Shown piece by piece: positions 43,699 to 63,960 of a stretch of DNA of 64,000 nucleotides (positions are counted from its first letter, which is position 1; each line of letters opens with the position of its first letter). Source of the stretch: the human T2T-CHM13v2.0 reference genome, Homo sapiens; NCBI RefSeq assembly GCF_009914755.1, contig NC_060930.1; one strand, given 5' to 3'. The notes beneath the pieces are model-generated. The model was not told the origin of the DNA and did not search any database. It saw nothing but the letters and a program-made list of their open reading frames with translations. Both the position numbers and the translations under genes were made by a program.

Positions 43699-45319
43699 TC
43701 ATAAGGCTCCCAGAATAAAATTCAGATTCTTGGCCACTTTCTTTAGAATCAGATATATTACATGCCTCTTGTTGGAAAGAACATATATGGTAATTTCATT
43801 GGAAACTGAAATTTTATCTACTTTTTGAAAATATTTTATAGTTGCCCACTGACCACTCTTTGCATTATCCAGTAGCAGTAAATATAGATATAATTTTATT
43901 TAGTAAATGAGGCTAATTTTTACTTGATTCCATTTCTCCAACTAGTATTCTTTTGGAAGTATATGTAAAAATATATATATGACAAATAAATGAAATGATA
44001 ACATGCTGAGCATATTTCTTTATATTTATTGGAGCTATGATTTTAACGTGAGCATTCACCCAGAAAGGTTTTTAAATAAAAAATAGCTGATAATTTTTGT
44101 TTTATATTAATCTTCATTTGAAAAATAAGGTTTGCTTTATACAGCTTGTTATTTGTAAGATATATGACGAGTCCTAGAACTCACATGGTAGCTATTGTTA
44201 AACAGCAAGTTTTAAACAATTGGAGGTGTTTTAATAATAGTGTTTGGTCTTGTTTTTTATTTTCAAATAAGTGCAGTCTGGAACTTTGAAGCTTTTCCTT
44301 GTGAAGTTGTTTGTTGAGTGCTTAATCCTGCTCTTTCTTTAAAGTACGTAATCTTTTCTTGTGATGGCAGTACCTCTGCTGTTTCACAGCAGCTCTCTGT
44401 CAAAGGTGACTATAAATCTGGCCGCATCAGCTATTGCAGTACTTTCTGCTAAATGGTTTTCCTTTGTGCGTTTGTCTCTTTTTGTCTTTTGAAAAGGAAA
44501 AAAAAAAGTGTTGAAACAGATTTTTCCATCTGTTCAGTCTTTGTACTGTATTTTTCATAATGTGTTGTATTTTTCTTTTAAAATTCACTTAACATACTTG
44601 AGAAAAGAACTTAGCCATTAGGCATCTGGGAATGGATGCTGGGATAAAAAGCTGTTTTTACTTATATGTGAGAATTTACATTCTTTCTTGTTCATTTAAC
44701 CCAGACCACTATTATTTATGACTACGTAGTAAATAGTAGTTTGAGCAAGTGGTTCCTTTAAAAGTATATTTATCTATCAAAAGCCATTCTAAAGAATTGC
44801 CTGTGATGACAAATATAATTCATTTTTGCCTCTTCAAAAACAGTCCTAACTCCAAAACAGTGAATATTAAGAATGATTGTTTTCAACCACTCTAATTTGT
44901 TCACAAATAATAAAAAATTTCTTACTAAAAATAATAGTGGAAGGAGGTAACTAGAGGCTTATTCCAACCCAGTGAATACTATAATTATGTATTAGTCTGA
45001 ATGTTGCAATTACTTTTCTGTTTTGGTGCTTGTTTTATTCACATTAAAACAAAAAAGCAGTTGACCGACCTAAATTTTCAGATACTGTTGGACATTTGTA
45101 AAATGTTACAGTTGTCTTGACTTAAAGTTTTAAATGTTGATGTGCACATTTTTCATGGCTATTCTTAGCATCTTGTTAAATTTTTACTGCAGAAATAGTT
45201 CATTTTGTAGTTTTTCTTAAATGAGATTAGCAGAATATAAGCATTGAGTAAGCAGTAAAAATTAATTTTGCCTACTCTTATCATGATGATGTGGCTATCT
45301 TCATTTTTAGTATATTTTC

Positions 45320-50440
<5,121 letters not shown>

Positions 50441-50873
50441 TTAACTTTTATTGGTGAAAACATAGGTGGTCTTCAAAAAGAGGTTTTAAAACTGACGTTT
50501 ATCAAGTAGGTGCAACTATGGAATGGGGTACTCTAAAACTGTAATTAATCAGTTGGCAAAGGCTTTGGATTGCAAGCACATTCATAGCCCATAATATACA
50601 AAATGAAGTGCTCTTCATTATGTTCATCTTTGGTAAAGACTTACTAAACTGTTGTTTTGAGCATATTTCTATTAAGTCAGTCAGAAGCTAATTTAGATGA
50701 GAGTAGAAAATTATTAAACATTTGGAAAATAAGACCTGGGAGGAGATAGGGAATTCATGATTATTCAATTAGAAAAAAAGGAAATCAGAGAAGTTATTTA
50801 ATAGATTATATGTATATAAATAGATTATTTAGGGAAGGTAATGCTTAATTATACTTATGTCCACAAGGTTTCC

Positions 50874-51079
50874 CAGTGTTTCTCAACTATGGCTATACAT
50901 TAGAATAATTTGTGGAGCTGAAAAAACCAAAATGTACAAACAATGCCCAAACATGCTTGGATTTCTTCTTTAGAGCTTCTGATTCAGTGAGTATGGCAAG
51001 GGGCATGACATCTGTAATTTTTTGTTTTTTAAATCTTTGTGGATGCTTGTGATATAGAGCCAAAATTGAGAAATACTGG
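50874..51079. mobile_element. MER5-family DNA transposon fossil
   Basis: TIRs cagtgtttctcaa ... ttgagaaatactg. Confidence 0.7.
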
Positions 51080-51425
51080 TTTAAGTGTTTGACAGGCTGG
51101 GTAGCAGTATTCTTAGGCAGATGGTAGAAAAGAAACATGTTAATTACTGTATATAGAGAGGATGTCGTTTTAAAGCAGTCATAACATCTTGAGATCTGTG
51201 GTGTAACCATGAGGAAATACACTGCCTTTTTGTTCTGCCACTGCCTTTGGAGACAGGGCTGTGAAACTGTTACGTGAAATATTTGGAAAGGAACTGGAGT
51301 TCCAGGTCTTGAGTTATGGTGTTTTTCCTTCCTAGCAGTTTATCACTGGTCAAGAGAACGAGCAATATAAAAGACCTTGAAGTCTAATTATGGTTGAAAA
51401 GTCTATTCTTAAACATGCAGGGCTT

Positions 51426-51770
51426 GGCCAGGTGCGATGGCACATGCCTGTAATCTCAGCACTTTGGGAGGCCAAGGCAGGCGGATCATTTGAGGCCAGG
51501 AGTTCAAGACCAGCCTGGCCAATATGGTGAAACCCTGTCTCTACTAAAAATAAAGAAATTTGCCGGGCATGGTGGTGCATGCCTGTAATCCCAGCTACTG
51601 GGAGGCTGAGGCACTAGAATCACTTTCACAGCCGGGAGGCAGAGGTCGTAGGGAACTGTGATTGCACCACTGAACTCCAGCCTGGGAGACAGACTGAGAC
51701 TGTGTCTCCAGATAAATAAAATAAAATAAACCGAACTAAACTAAACTAAATTAAAATAAAATTTAAAAAT
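51426..51770 (+). mobile_element. Alu (Jb/Sz-like) with a (TAAAA)/(CTAAA) tail
   Basis: Alu body and patterned tail. Confidence 0.92.
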
Positions 51771-53309
51771 TAAGTTGCAGGTGATCCTCACACTGATCAG
51801 GTTAAGAATGCAAATGACGTTTCACAGATGAGAAAACTACAGCACAGTTAGATTGTTTTAGTTATTACAGATCATTTAATGTATTTTCATTTTTTCCTGG
51901 TAACCTGCTACTTACAGAAAGTTTATTTTTTTATCATTAGTAGGATAAATGTATCATGTACTGCTGCTTTTATTTATTGACTTTCATTTATCCCCCATAA
52001 CAGTGTGGATGAAGAAATCAAAGGTTTCTGATGATGCTCAATTTTTTTAAATTGTTTTTATGTTCACACAAAATAAAGGACAGTATTGGTCCTAATCTAA
52101 AGCTCATCCTCTTTTCACAAATGCTTCCATCAATATTCTTTGATCCCATTACAGTGGTATTTAGATTTTAACTTTGTTATTGAAAAATAATCACATTATG
52201 GTTAAATCTCTTCAAGACTTAGGCCATTAAAAGTAAAAATCATCTACTGACTTTTTATTCAGAGTAGTAAGGCAATTCAGAGTAGCAACATTTTGAAGGC
52301 ATATCAAAATACTTAAAAAGGTTTAAATTACCCTGTTTGCTGAAAGTAAAAGAATGTACTGAAAGAAATGGTAAGAGAGGTTAACCTTCAGTGTTTCTGA
52401 TGAATTAAAATTGTGCTCTTGGGTTTACCTTTTTTACTGTGGTAAGAAGGAACAGTTTTCCCTTAAATTTTTTCTTGGTTTAGTAGGAGAATATCTACTC
52501 AAAGAAATTTACTTTCACAGAATATTATATAATTAAACATATACTATTATAGGATAACTTATTGTCATTTCTAAATGTAGTTCATAGAAAATATCATGAT
52601 CCTTATTCTTATCTTTAAACTTTGCAAGATATAAATGTATTTCCAGAAACCTCACCGGATATCACAGTTCTCCAGTTGCTTTCTATTTTATGTGTACTCT
52701 AGTCTTCCATTCCTAGGTTGGAAATTGAATATGTCCCTTCTGTAGAGATTAGAATAATATCATTACTTTTCTTTGCCTTGTTCCTCATTGAAAATAATTG
52801 AAGAACAGATTCTCTGAAAAGATATATAATCTTACAAAATATTAACAATTTATAATGAATATACCAGTTTTGATACTGTCTCATTCTTCATATAAAAGTA
52901 GAGGTTGTCAGAATATGTGTGTCAGACATTTTCATAATACACAGTGGTAGTGACGGTAGTGAAAACTTGCCCAGGAGCGATACTCTCAGACTTTATCACT
53001 GACTGCGGGCCCATGGCCTGTTTATTTTACTATTTTTTGTTTCTACTTTGCTGACAGTACAAATCCCACAGGGAAAAATAAGCAATAAGAGGAAATATTG
53101 TTGTGATTGTAATAACAACCTACAAAAGTCATTGAAGATAAAATGAATGGGCTGGAAATGTAATTTATGGGATTTTAAGGGCTATAATGGATCCTAGAGA
53201 AAATCGAGTCCAATTTCCTGATAGTGACAGGATTAGAACGTTTTTCCACTGTTGTATACTTTTTATTGGTTTTCCGAAAAGTGAACTAATCTTACCTAAG
53301 AAGATATGA

Positions 53310-53622
<313 letters not shown>

Positions 53623-56600
53623 TTAGGTTTTAAGAAAACTCATTCATTCATTGAGTGTCTGCTATGTGTCATACGGTTTTCCAGCCTTTGGGAGTAAAAA
53701 GAGCAGATTACCACGTTCCTATTACCTGAGACTGTTTGAAGGCCTTCCACACTCTAGGATGGAAGTATAGCATAGGCTGTCAAACATAGTTGTGTAATTC
53801 AGCCAAAGATGGTCCCAACTGAAGGAAAAGGAAGTAGGTACAGAATTCAGTATGACTGTATAATAAGCAAGGAGGGAAAGCAAAGAATGGCATGAACATA
53901 TAAGAATAGCATAAGACATGCTAAAATTTCAAATGAACTGATGTTTGTGAGAATAATTGAAAAGGTTTTTTTCCAAGTAATATTGTTACCTATGAAATTC
54001 TTATCTACTTGGAGTAACTGAAGACCTAACTGTTATATTGCTTTTATAATTCTGTTGCTAAACTTTTGAGATTTGTACCCTCAGTGCCTATTAAAGTTCT
54101 CAAATAAGAAAAATTGATGAGTTAAGCAAACATGGTTAAGGAATATCATTCTATAGCTTTGTATCTTTACCTCCTAGGAGCTACTAAATGAGCGAACATG
54201 GAGGGTAATTAGGATCATTAGTACAAGAAGCTCTGATTTGTTTCCCCTTAATGTGCCCATTTTTCTTGCCACACAAGTCTGTGTAGTAGTGAATGACAGC
54301 AGGTAGGGTTAGAAAGAAACCAGTGGTTATGGGGAAGAGAGAGAGACTAAGTAAGTGGTTTAAAATTCCAGAATGTGAGGGATGAAAACAAGGCTCTCCT
54401 GTTGTGTGGATCTAGAGAGAGATCTTGATTCAGGGTTTCTAGTATTAATGGTATAAGTCAGTTAGAGGGATACAGTAACATAATGAAATAAACCCACTAA
54501 TTCTATGTCTGATTCTGTACTGCTACTTTTCTCCACTTTAGAAACACTCTAAAGGTAACCACCTTTCCAAAGGCATATACATGGTGTAAAGATTAAGTAG
54601 TATAGTGTAGTGGGGGCTGTGATGAAAAGAACATGCCCTACCTTGCCCATGCCTACCCCTGCTCCCCAGAAGGATCCATTTAACTGTTTCTGGTCATGTT
54701 GCTAACTCTAAATAAAATCTCTTGCCAATGTTTTTTGATTCCTCAACTTTGGAAATTATCAGTTGATTTCCTGCCTTGATAAATGAGCATTTGCCTCATA
54801 TCTCCCCTCCCCTGTAGTCTTGTCCCTATTTTTACTTTGTTTCCTTGTTACCTTTGTAAATTTCAATAAGTATCTTATAGTTAATTCTGTATTTCTTGCT
54901 CTGTCAATTATGCATACTAGCTCTTGGCTCCCCACTTTGTAAATGAGAAAGTTAACCCATCACTTTTCCATGTTTGTTTCCTTTTTCTTCCTCCTTTCCT
55001 TTGCGAACTGTAGTCACGTGTAATTAATATAAACTTTTAGTTTGATTCTAAAAGTTGAAAATGGGTGAACAGTACGTATTATACCTTTTTTTCTTTTCCT
55101 GTGATGACTTTTTTATTTCAAAGTCAAGTGATATCTTTTGAGTACATTTCCTTTCTTGTACAGCTGCTTTTCTTCCTTCTCCCCCACTTCCCTTATGCAT
55201 TGGCTGCTGTCATCTCATGCTTAAATGCCTCAGGCTTCTCAAGGATGGAGTCACATCTCTGGAGCCCTCTTGTTCTCATGAACCTGCCTCCAGTGAATAC
55301 CTCCTTGTTCTTCTCTAAGCTGGGCCAGTGTTGTTTATGTCAACTGTACTGTTTTCCTCCTGGGCTTTTTCATCTTTTTTCTGAGTTGAATTCAGTGTTT
55401 ATTAGATTCCCTGTCATTGCCTTGTTTTGTGTGTGTGTGTGCGTGTGTGTGTCTATGTGTGGTTTACTCTTTCACTTTATTGGAGCATAGTCTTAAATGA
55501 CTTACAAAAAGAATGATAAGATTTTTGAGGCCCATGAATATCTAAAAGTCTTTGTTCTATAATTAGATCTTGTCAGGGGTTTGCTTGAATATCTTTATAA
55601 CTCTGGGGACATTACTTCACTGTTTCCTAGCAACTAGCAATTTGATCATTTCTTTGCAAGTGGTCGCTTGTTTGTTTTTTTTTGTTTCTTTTTACCTGGA
55701 AGTCTGTAGGAAGCCTTAAGGAACATTTTAGAGTGGTGTATTTAGGTTGGGACTAATTTCGTTTATCATTCTGTGTACTTCCATCTAAGGACCCATGTTC
55801 ATTAGAAGCTGCGTAAAATCTATTTTCTTCTATTATTTCTTTGATACTTTCTCTTCTTCTTTTCCTTTGTTTTCTCTTGTTGGATGTTACATGTTCTAAA
55901 ATGATCCTTTATATTGCTTACTTTTTCTTTTATATTTTCTAGTCCTTTATTTTTTGGCTTTACTTTTTTAAAGGGATCTTGGAATGAAATGACAGCATAC
56001 ATGTATGTTCAGTTTGGTATCTTGGACCAAAGACTTCTTTTCACTACTTTTCAGTCATTATAATATCCAAAATTGGGATTTCCTGAGCAATTTTCATCAA
56101 CATATTTTAGGAATTAATGTAGATTTTAAATTATTAGTGAGAAATACAAATGATTTTAATTTACAAGGGAAAGATATTTTTCTTGGGACTTTTACTTACA
56201 TGTATTTCTAAGACCATACTATTCTTTACATGATCAACATTCTTATTTGTTTACAAGAATATTGAATTTTCTTTGTTGTTTCTCATCTGTTAAATACGTC
56301 TTGTTTTTAAATCGTGGATGAAATAAATTTAAAAAGTCAAATGCAGGACAGAAGGAAGTAAGTAGCTCACTTGCAAAAATGCTAAACCTTTGTCTTGTTT
56401 TTTTCTCCTCCTGTGCTGCATTTCATTTAAGTTGCTAAATAGGTTAAATTCATTCACTGCTTATGAAAAATATTTAAATGTTTCAGACAAAAACATATTT
56501 AAGAATATCGTATGTTTTAATTTGTTTTCGTGAATAATTCTAGTGTTTGCTTGCCTTAAATTCATTGCCTTTTTTTTATTACCTATTCATATATGGTGTT

Positions 56601-56679
56601 AGTATTTATCATTCATACAAGCTAATTCTTTTTTTTTAACAGCTTTAGTGAGATATGCTTACATATAATGATATGTAAG

Positions 56680-57440
56680 TACCAGCTTGTCAATTTCTAT
56701 AAACAGCTGGGATTCTGATAGAGATTGTTTAGGTTCTTTATATCAGTTTGGTGATTACTGCCATCTTAATAATATTGTCTTTGTTCCATGGATATAGGAT
56801 ATTTTTTCATTTATTTAGGGTTTCTTTCAGCAGTACTTTGTAGTTTTTAATGTTACAGGTCTTGCATTTCTTCGGATAAATTTATTTTTAAATATTCTAT
56901 TCCTTATGATGTTATTGTAAGTGGAATTATTTTCTTAATTTCATTTATAGATCATTCATTGCCAGGGTATGATTTTTATGTATATTGGTCTTGTATTATG
57001 CAACCTTGCTGAACTTTTTTATTCATTCCAGTTTTTTTTAGTGGATTTCTTAGAATTTTCTATATATGAGATTATGTCACCTATGAATAAAGATAGTTCT
57101 ACTTTTTTTCTTTCTATTCTGAACACTTTTTTTTTCTTGCACATTTCCATGGCTAGAACATTAGATTCCATGTTGAGTAGATGAGTGGTGAGAATGGACA
57201 TGCTGTCTTTTTCCCCATCTTAGTGGGAAAGCATTCAGTCCTTCACCACTGGGAAGGATGTTAGCTGTGAGTTTTTCATAGATGCCCTTTGTCATGTTGA
57301 GGAAATTCCCTTCTATTTCTGGTTTTATTGAGTTGAGAGTTTAATGATAAAAGGGTGTTGATTTTTGTCAGATTTTTTTCTACACCCGTTGAGATATGTG
57401 GTTGTGCTCTGTATTCTAACGTCGTGTATGCCATTGATCC
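56680..57440 (-). mobile_element. Old L1M ORF2 (RT) fragment
   Basis: ORF 57019-57201(-) reads VELSLFIGDIISYIENSKKST, a degenerate FADD region. Confidence 0.8.
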
Positions 57441-57984
57441 CGTATACTTTTTAAAGATGATTGTTTATTTATTTCTATTTCTTATTTAATTTTGCCAAGT
57501 ATTGGTCCTCTCAGTAGCTGTAGGCTTTAAAATGTTTTTTAGCTGATCATTTTATACGTGGAGATATTCGTAAGGAGGTTTTCTCAAAATTACAACTAGA
57601 ATTAGAATACAGAATTCTAGCTTTTTGCTTATCTTGCTGGGCCATATTGCTTCATTATTAAAATTAATTTTTAAACATGGTACCCTAAGCTAACATGAAA
57701 AATGACTGTAGTATATTATTATTTAAATTAGCATATTGTTTACTATCTAATTGGTGTATGATGTTCATTTACTACAAGTTACATTTGGTCTAGTTTTATA
57801 GAATTAGACCAATCTGGGTTTATTAAGTACCCAGTTGTGAAACGTTGATTATAAATATATGTTCCTTTTCCAGTTTTAAGATGATTTATAATAAAGCAGG
57901 AAATAACATTTACATGTGAAAATTGGCTCAATATATTTTGCTGTGTGTGTGTGTGTGTATGTGTGTGTTTGCTTGCATGTATGC

Positions 57985-58210
57985 TATAAGGGTTGGTAAT
58001 TTATACTGTGGGTTCTGGAATTACACTGCCTTGGTTCAAATCTCAGCTTCTTTACTAACTAGGTGAGTGGCCTTGGGCAAGTTACTTAAACTTTGCGCCT
58101 GAGTTTCCTTATTTGTAAAAACAGAGCTTATCGTAGAGAACTATTGTGAGATAATACATATGTAGTAGTATTGTAATTGACACAACTTAAGTGTTCAGTA
58201 AATCTCAGCT
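57985..58210 (+). mobile_element. MIR SINE
   Basis: ggttcaaatctcagcttc...ccttgggcaagttacttaaact...gtttccttatttgtaaaa. Confidence 0.8.
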
Positions 58211-58214
58211 TCCG

Positions 58215-58256
58215 TGATGATGCTGGTGATGATGATGGTGATGATGATGGTGATGT
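58215..58256. repeat. (GAT/GGT)n imperfect triplet repeat
   Basis: Read directly. Confidence 0.8.
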
Positions 58257-61104
58257 ACTTAAAGGCCTCCCAATTCTTCATTTATTCCTCCCTTCTCAAC
58301 CAATCAACCAGAAAAAGCCATTTAGGCAGTTAGAGTGACGCTTGTTTTGAATTTGATATACACTACTGTAAAAAAAAATAAATAGATAAGGTTTTACTGG
58401 CTCTGGCATTTGTTTCTGTTCATGTGTCCTGTATACCTCTTCCTGCTTATTCATTAACTGCTAGTTTTATCATGTTTTTTTTTCCTGTGATTATTTCTTT
58501 TTTTCCTATTGCTTACATAGAGGGTCATGTCTAAATTACACAGCCTTGTGTTCAAAGACTGTGCTCCTGATCTGTTTTAACTTTGTCACATACATCTTCT
58601 CTTCATAAATACGCCAGTGATAATGGTGCTTGTCTGGACATGGACCATGAGTCTAGCTGTGCAGAAATTATCTGACATGTATCATGGGTCAGATAAATTA
58701 ACTGATTTGCTTTAAAAACAAGAATTACTAGTGGGATTAGGTAGATATCATAGCTGTTAGTCAAGCAATAGAAAAATCGAGAGCAGAAATGTATCTGAGA
58801 TAGGAATATTGTATTATCTTCAAAAGAATACATTGAAGTTTAGAGTTACAAGCTAAGATACAGTGACAGAAAAATATATTTACCTTTCCCTTATAATTGA
58901 TGCATACATATATAAAAACAAATATTAGAATAGTAAGTGAATATTTCCTCACTTAATAAATTTGCAAGAATGTTCAGTGTATAATCTTTTGGTTTTTCTT
59001 CATTTTAGTTTCAGACGTTTAATTTTTTTCATTTAATTGTGAACATAGCCACAGTAAGTGGAAATCACTTACTAAGCAGATCTTCATTATAGTGTTTGAC
59101 TATTTCTTAATAAAAATGTTAACTCAGAAATGTCAGTATTAGGAAGAATCATGTGTGCAAGGAATAATAATTATAGATGTGAAAAGATATGAATGTTTTG
59201 TGATAAATTCAATGTTGACATTTTCTTGTATTATAATGGTATGTCCACTGTCAGGGAACATTTAGTTCTAGCCAACATAGTGAATAATACATTGTCTTAA
59301 ATAATAATGGATACCATTTGGTAAGTACACTCTATGTAGTTTAATCCTCACTGCAGTTCTGCAAGCTAGTCTAGATAGGTCTTATATGCATTTTATAGAT
59401 TAGAGAGTTAAGACCTGTAGTAATTCTCTCCAGATCACAGCATCTAATGGCAGAGCTGGCATATGAACTAACTTGAAAATAGAGGTCTTCAAGTCTCATT
59501 GTGCCTCAGATGGTTCCTGTGGCACAAATAAGTAAATAAGTAATAAATAAATGAACAAATAAACAAACAACCTACCCAGGCATCTCCTCTGGAAATTTGG
59601 GTGTAGCAAGTTTGCAGTGGGGCCAGAATTCTGATAAACTACCAGGATAGGGAACTACTTGCTCTGAAATTTGTGTCCTTTCTATGTTAGTATCTCAAGA
59701 TTATATGTAGGCATTATCAATTCTTTAAAACTTAATTTTAAATTTTTTGTTATGGAGTAATAACTTACGAGTTTTTCTTCTACTGCATAGGGCAGTTTTG
59801 GTGGTAGGACCCCTTGGGGCTAGCTGCAGCTGTATAATAATACTGCCTTATTTACAGGAAAAGGGAATGAAATAAGTAACTTTGAGAAAAAATCATTTCT
59901 CTGAGCCTTAGATATATCGCCTGTAAAACATGAATAATAACTACCTTTCAGAATTACTGTGATGATTAGGTGCAATTATGTATTTAAGGCACAGTGCCTA
60001 ACCATTTAGTAGCTACTCAGTAAGTGGTTCTTATTGTTTATTAAGAAATTATTTTTATCATGTTAGCTAGAAGTTAAGGAACTATGTTATATCAATTTAA
60101 AAGTACATTTTTTTGTTTAGAGTAGTGTCATACATAGCCCAAGAGTAAAACGTCTCTTGACCTCTGTGTAACTGACTCCCTGAATTTATAGACATTTTTC
60201 ATTCTCTTTGGAGAAAACATTGATTGACGCCCATGGCAATTTGAAGTTTCAACACCAGTAAACTACTTCTTAGAAGGCTCAAATTAGTAGACCTGTTGCT
60301 TATTCTTTACTTACCAAGAATCAGTTTTTCTGTATTCCCAATCTGTTTATGTCTATTGTATTAGATATTCTAATCAGGTAGATCACCTTAATATTCTATA
60401 AAATGATGAAGTACAAATGCCAAAAGAGACATTTTTAAACAAACATCTAAGATGAATGCGTTTGAAAGACTTCATGAAGGTCAGTCACTTAAAATTTCCC
60501 TCCTGATTTGGTGTGCATACCTATAAATGACTGGAAAAGAAATAGACTGTATATGAATGCTGCACTCGTATTGGTTGACATTATCTTTAAAGTTCCTTTT
60601 AAGAAGTTAAACTGGAAATCTTATACCTGGATAGTCATAGCTATGTTTTACTCAAGAAAAACAACTCTGATTTTTAGTTAATAGATTCATACTTAAAGAA
60701 AATGTCTTTGCCTAATATCAAAAGATTAGCAATATTATGTATGTTTTGTGATAATATTACAGTAAGTATAATTTTTATGATTTTCTACAGTAACTCACTT
60801 AAAAAAATCAACTTATTCATTGATTCCGATCTGGTCTCAGAAGAGAGGTTTGACATTCATGTAAAATGGGAATTATAAAATATGCTGATTGGTGCCAGAA
60901 AGAATAATTTAGCTGAAGCGATTAGAATTAGACTCACTATACTGGGTAGAAGGGCAGTTTCTTTTTCTGAAAAAATAAATGGGTGAACGGAGATACAGAC
61001 TTTTCTTTTTTTGGCCTATCACGGTGTGATTTGCACATTGCCAATACTATTAATTTGAATTCTAGTTTCCTGCAGTTGTATTTGAGCAACTGGTATAGCA
61101 AAAA

Positions 61105-61190
61105 TACTACTCCTACTACTACTACTACTATTACTATTATGACTACTACTACTACTACTATTACTACTACTACTATTACTACTAACAATA
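61105..61190. repeat. (TAC/TAT)n imperfect triplet repeat
   Basis: Read directly. It explains the poly-Thr and poly-Val ORFs in the track. Confidence 0.9.
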
Positions 61191-61689
61191 ATTCTAGGTG
61201 TTTAAAGAGTAGGATACTATGAGCTAAACATACTCAACCTGTTAATTTATAAAATATATAATTAATTGCTAGTAATAAATGGAAAAAACTCTTGAAAATG
61301 AATACCATCTAGAAAATTTCTAGAAAGCCAAAGGAAGAAATCATAGCCAATAAGAATTAAACCTATGGCACAATTTTTTCATTAAGAACTTTGTGGCATG
61401 TATTAATAGAATATAGAAACAGACCATACCTGAATGTGAATTTATATACTGGCAACTATAATTTTATTAAATCCCACCAAATTTTATTTTTACATTTTGC
61501 TTTTTACTTTAGGGTAATAGTTAATAACTGGCAAAATGAGATTAGTTTAGCAGCCAGTTAAAATGACTACCTTCTTGTTTCAAGTTTATGAAGGTAAAAT
61601 GCATATAACAGTGCCTGGCACATAGTGAGTTCTACAAATGTACAGTTTTTTTTTCTGTTCTGTTTTGATGTTTTTACTCAGCATACTTT

Positions 61690-61930
61690 ATTAATTTAGA
61701 GTGTAGACTCTGGAGCCAGAAAGCTTATTTATATTCTATTTTCGCTACTTCTAGTTATGTGACTTGGGGCAGGTTACTTAATTTCTTTGTACTTCAGTTT
61801 CCTTATCTGTTTAAGTGGGGGAAAATAACATTCTTCGTGAGTTATGAGGATTAAATGAGTTGATATAAATAACATTTTCATAATAATGCCTAATGTGGAA
61901 AATGTTATATAAATATTTGCTGTTATTATT
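61690..61930 (+). mobile_element. MIR SINE
   Basis: agactctggagccaga...tgtgacttggggcaggttacttaat...cagtttccttatctgt. Confidence 0.8.
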
Positions 61931-62531
61931 GTATGCCAATTCATTTTAATCAGTATCCATGCCTGTAGTAAAAGATTGACACGTTCATTTGGTGAAACAA
62001 AATCATGTTTCAATTAGAAACATAGTTATGTGGTTCTTCATTATATTTTTAGCGTTACTTAAAAATTACACTGCAGAAATGAAAAATGACAGTAAAATCA
62101 TTACTATTCCTAAAAGCAACATTCCAAAATGACATTTGCCTACTTTTCAGATTTGTTTGCTGACTTCAGCAAAATTGGATGTTCTATAGATCCAACCACC
62201 TTTTGTCTTCTTTTTGTTATTTTAAGATGAAGAAAATAATTTGGGCCAGCATAAAATGTATTACCTATATATTATCTTGTTTTAATATGTTGCTGATGTT
62301 AATAATTCATTTTCTTCTAATTTGCTTGTTTTGTTTAAACCTGTAATCTCTGAGACTTCTCAACAGAAACTATTAGATTGATGTGTAACAAACCTAACTC
62401 TAAATCTCAACTTCAGTAAATGGCCTGTATTGAATATGAGGTCATTGGAATATTTATCAGCCTATTATATAACTTACCAGTTTCTCAAAACCGAACAAAT
62501 ACCATAAACTCCTTAATGGAATTAATTACAG

Positions 62532-62613
62532 CTTTGGTCGTCCAGGAGTAGAATGTTATTGCCAGCATGACAGTGGAGCTGCAGTAATCCAGCTCCAGTT
62601 CCTGATTAATGAG
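62532..62613 (+). CDS. STXBP5: STXBP5 coding exon 3, 82 nt
   Basis: ttacag|C TTT GGT CGT... completes the CT|C Leu codon from exon 2 and reads FGRPGVECYCQHDSGAAVIQLQFLINE. Donor GAG|GTTAGT at 62614. The gene continues beyond the window. Confidence 0.95.
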
Positions 62614-63664
62614 GTTAGTGAATTGTTTTAATCATTTCTACTTATATCCAAAATAGGGCCACTTCTAGTCTTTCAGATTTCTTACATGCATTCACAATTT
62701 ATTTACATATTTGAACAAAAATTAATTTATAATGGATCAGAAATAGTAGTAATTCGTTTTAAGGTACCGTCATGGACAGTTACATAAATAATGTAAAATG
62801 TTTTCTCAAGACAGTGTTGTAAATTGAAAGGCCTAAGGTAAATGTTTTTGGTAAAAGGTGCTGCATTTAAATTCCAGGGATATTGAATACTGTGTAACAT
62901 AGAACTCTATATTAAAATATTTTTTAAAAGATTGAGCTTATTACAAATCAAAGAGTGTGCTTCTTTAATGAATTGCTTTGAAATACAACCAAGAAACCAG
63001 CATTCATTCATTAGAAAGTAGTTTCTGCCCAGAGTTCTTAAATAACACCCAAATGTGTCACTTAATTGCTTTAAGTAATTGATGTTGCCTTTCCTTTTGA
63101 AAGTATAGAAGGAGCTAGAGAAAACAGCATTTTATCGGCATAGGAAACACTGTTTTTGCATATTTTAAGAGCATACGAGCAGCTCAGACAATAGATGTTA
63201 ACTGCAAGTATTGATAGAGAGGGAAAGCTAGTCGTAGAAGGAAGAAAGAGAAATTGCTTCAGAAAAGGCTCTGATCTCCTTAGATATGAGGATAGATTGT
63301 GGACATTATTTTAGTCCCTAAACCCTTAGGCTCCGTGGAATAATTTCTTAAATGTATGTGAGAGAAAATAAATTCCTGAATACCTCTGGCTTTTGATAAA
63401 TGTTATATTCATACCAGAGGATTTAAGAAAGGCATCATGGGTGTAAAAAGATAATTATGACAATGTAAAAACCTCCATAAAACTATAATCCAAATAATTT
63501 GCAGTTGTCTAGATTTTTCAAGGTCAGAGGATGTGTTTTTAAAAACTTCAGTATCCTGTATAGAACTGTATATTAGGCATTTTAAGATGTTAAATTTTTT
63601 TTAATTAAAATGTAGAAAGTTGTCGAAGCCATATATGAAGACTCAGATTATTTTTCCTCCTTTA

Positions 63665-63960
63665 AATAATGTTTTATTATGGAATCATTATACTCATGGT
63701 TAAGTTTAAAAATAGTTTCAGAGAGAGTCTGTGTACCCTTCTTTTAGCTTCTCCCAATAGTTACATTTTATATAACAATAGTATGATAGCAAACCAGGAA
63801 AATGACATCAAAACAATACTATTAACTAGACTATAGACCTTTATTTAGATTCTCTAGTTCATATATGGACTCATTTGTGTGTTTGTGCATGTAGTTCAGT
63901 TTTATCACATGTACAGATGCATGTAAGGACTACCACATCAAGATACAGGTCAGTTCCCTC
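63665..63960 (-). mobile_element. Old L1M 3' end fragment
   Basis: cttctcccaatagttacattttatataacaatagta...aaaccaggaaaatgacat...actagactatagacc. Confidence 0.65.

Noticed and set aside
60937-61222. Poly-Val and poly-Thr ORFs resembling a TM or mucin segment
   Set aside because: Produced by the (TAC/TAT)n microsatellite.
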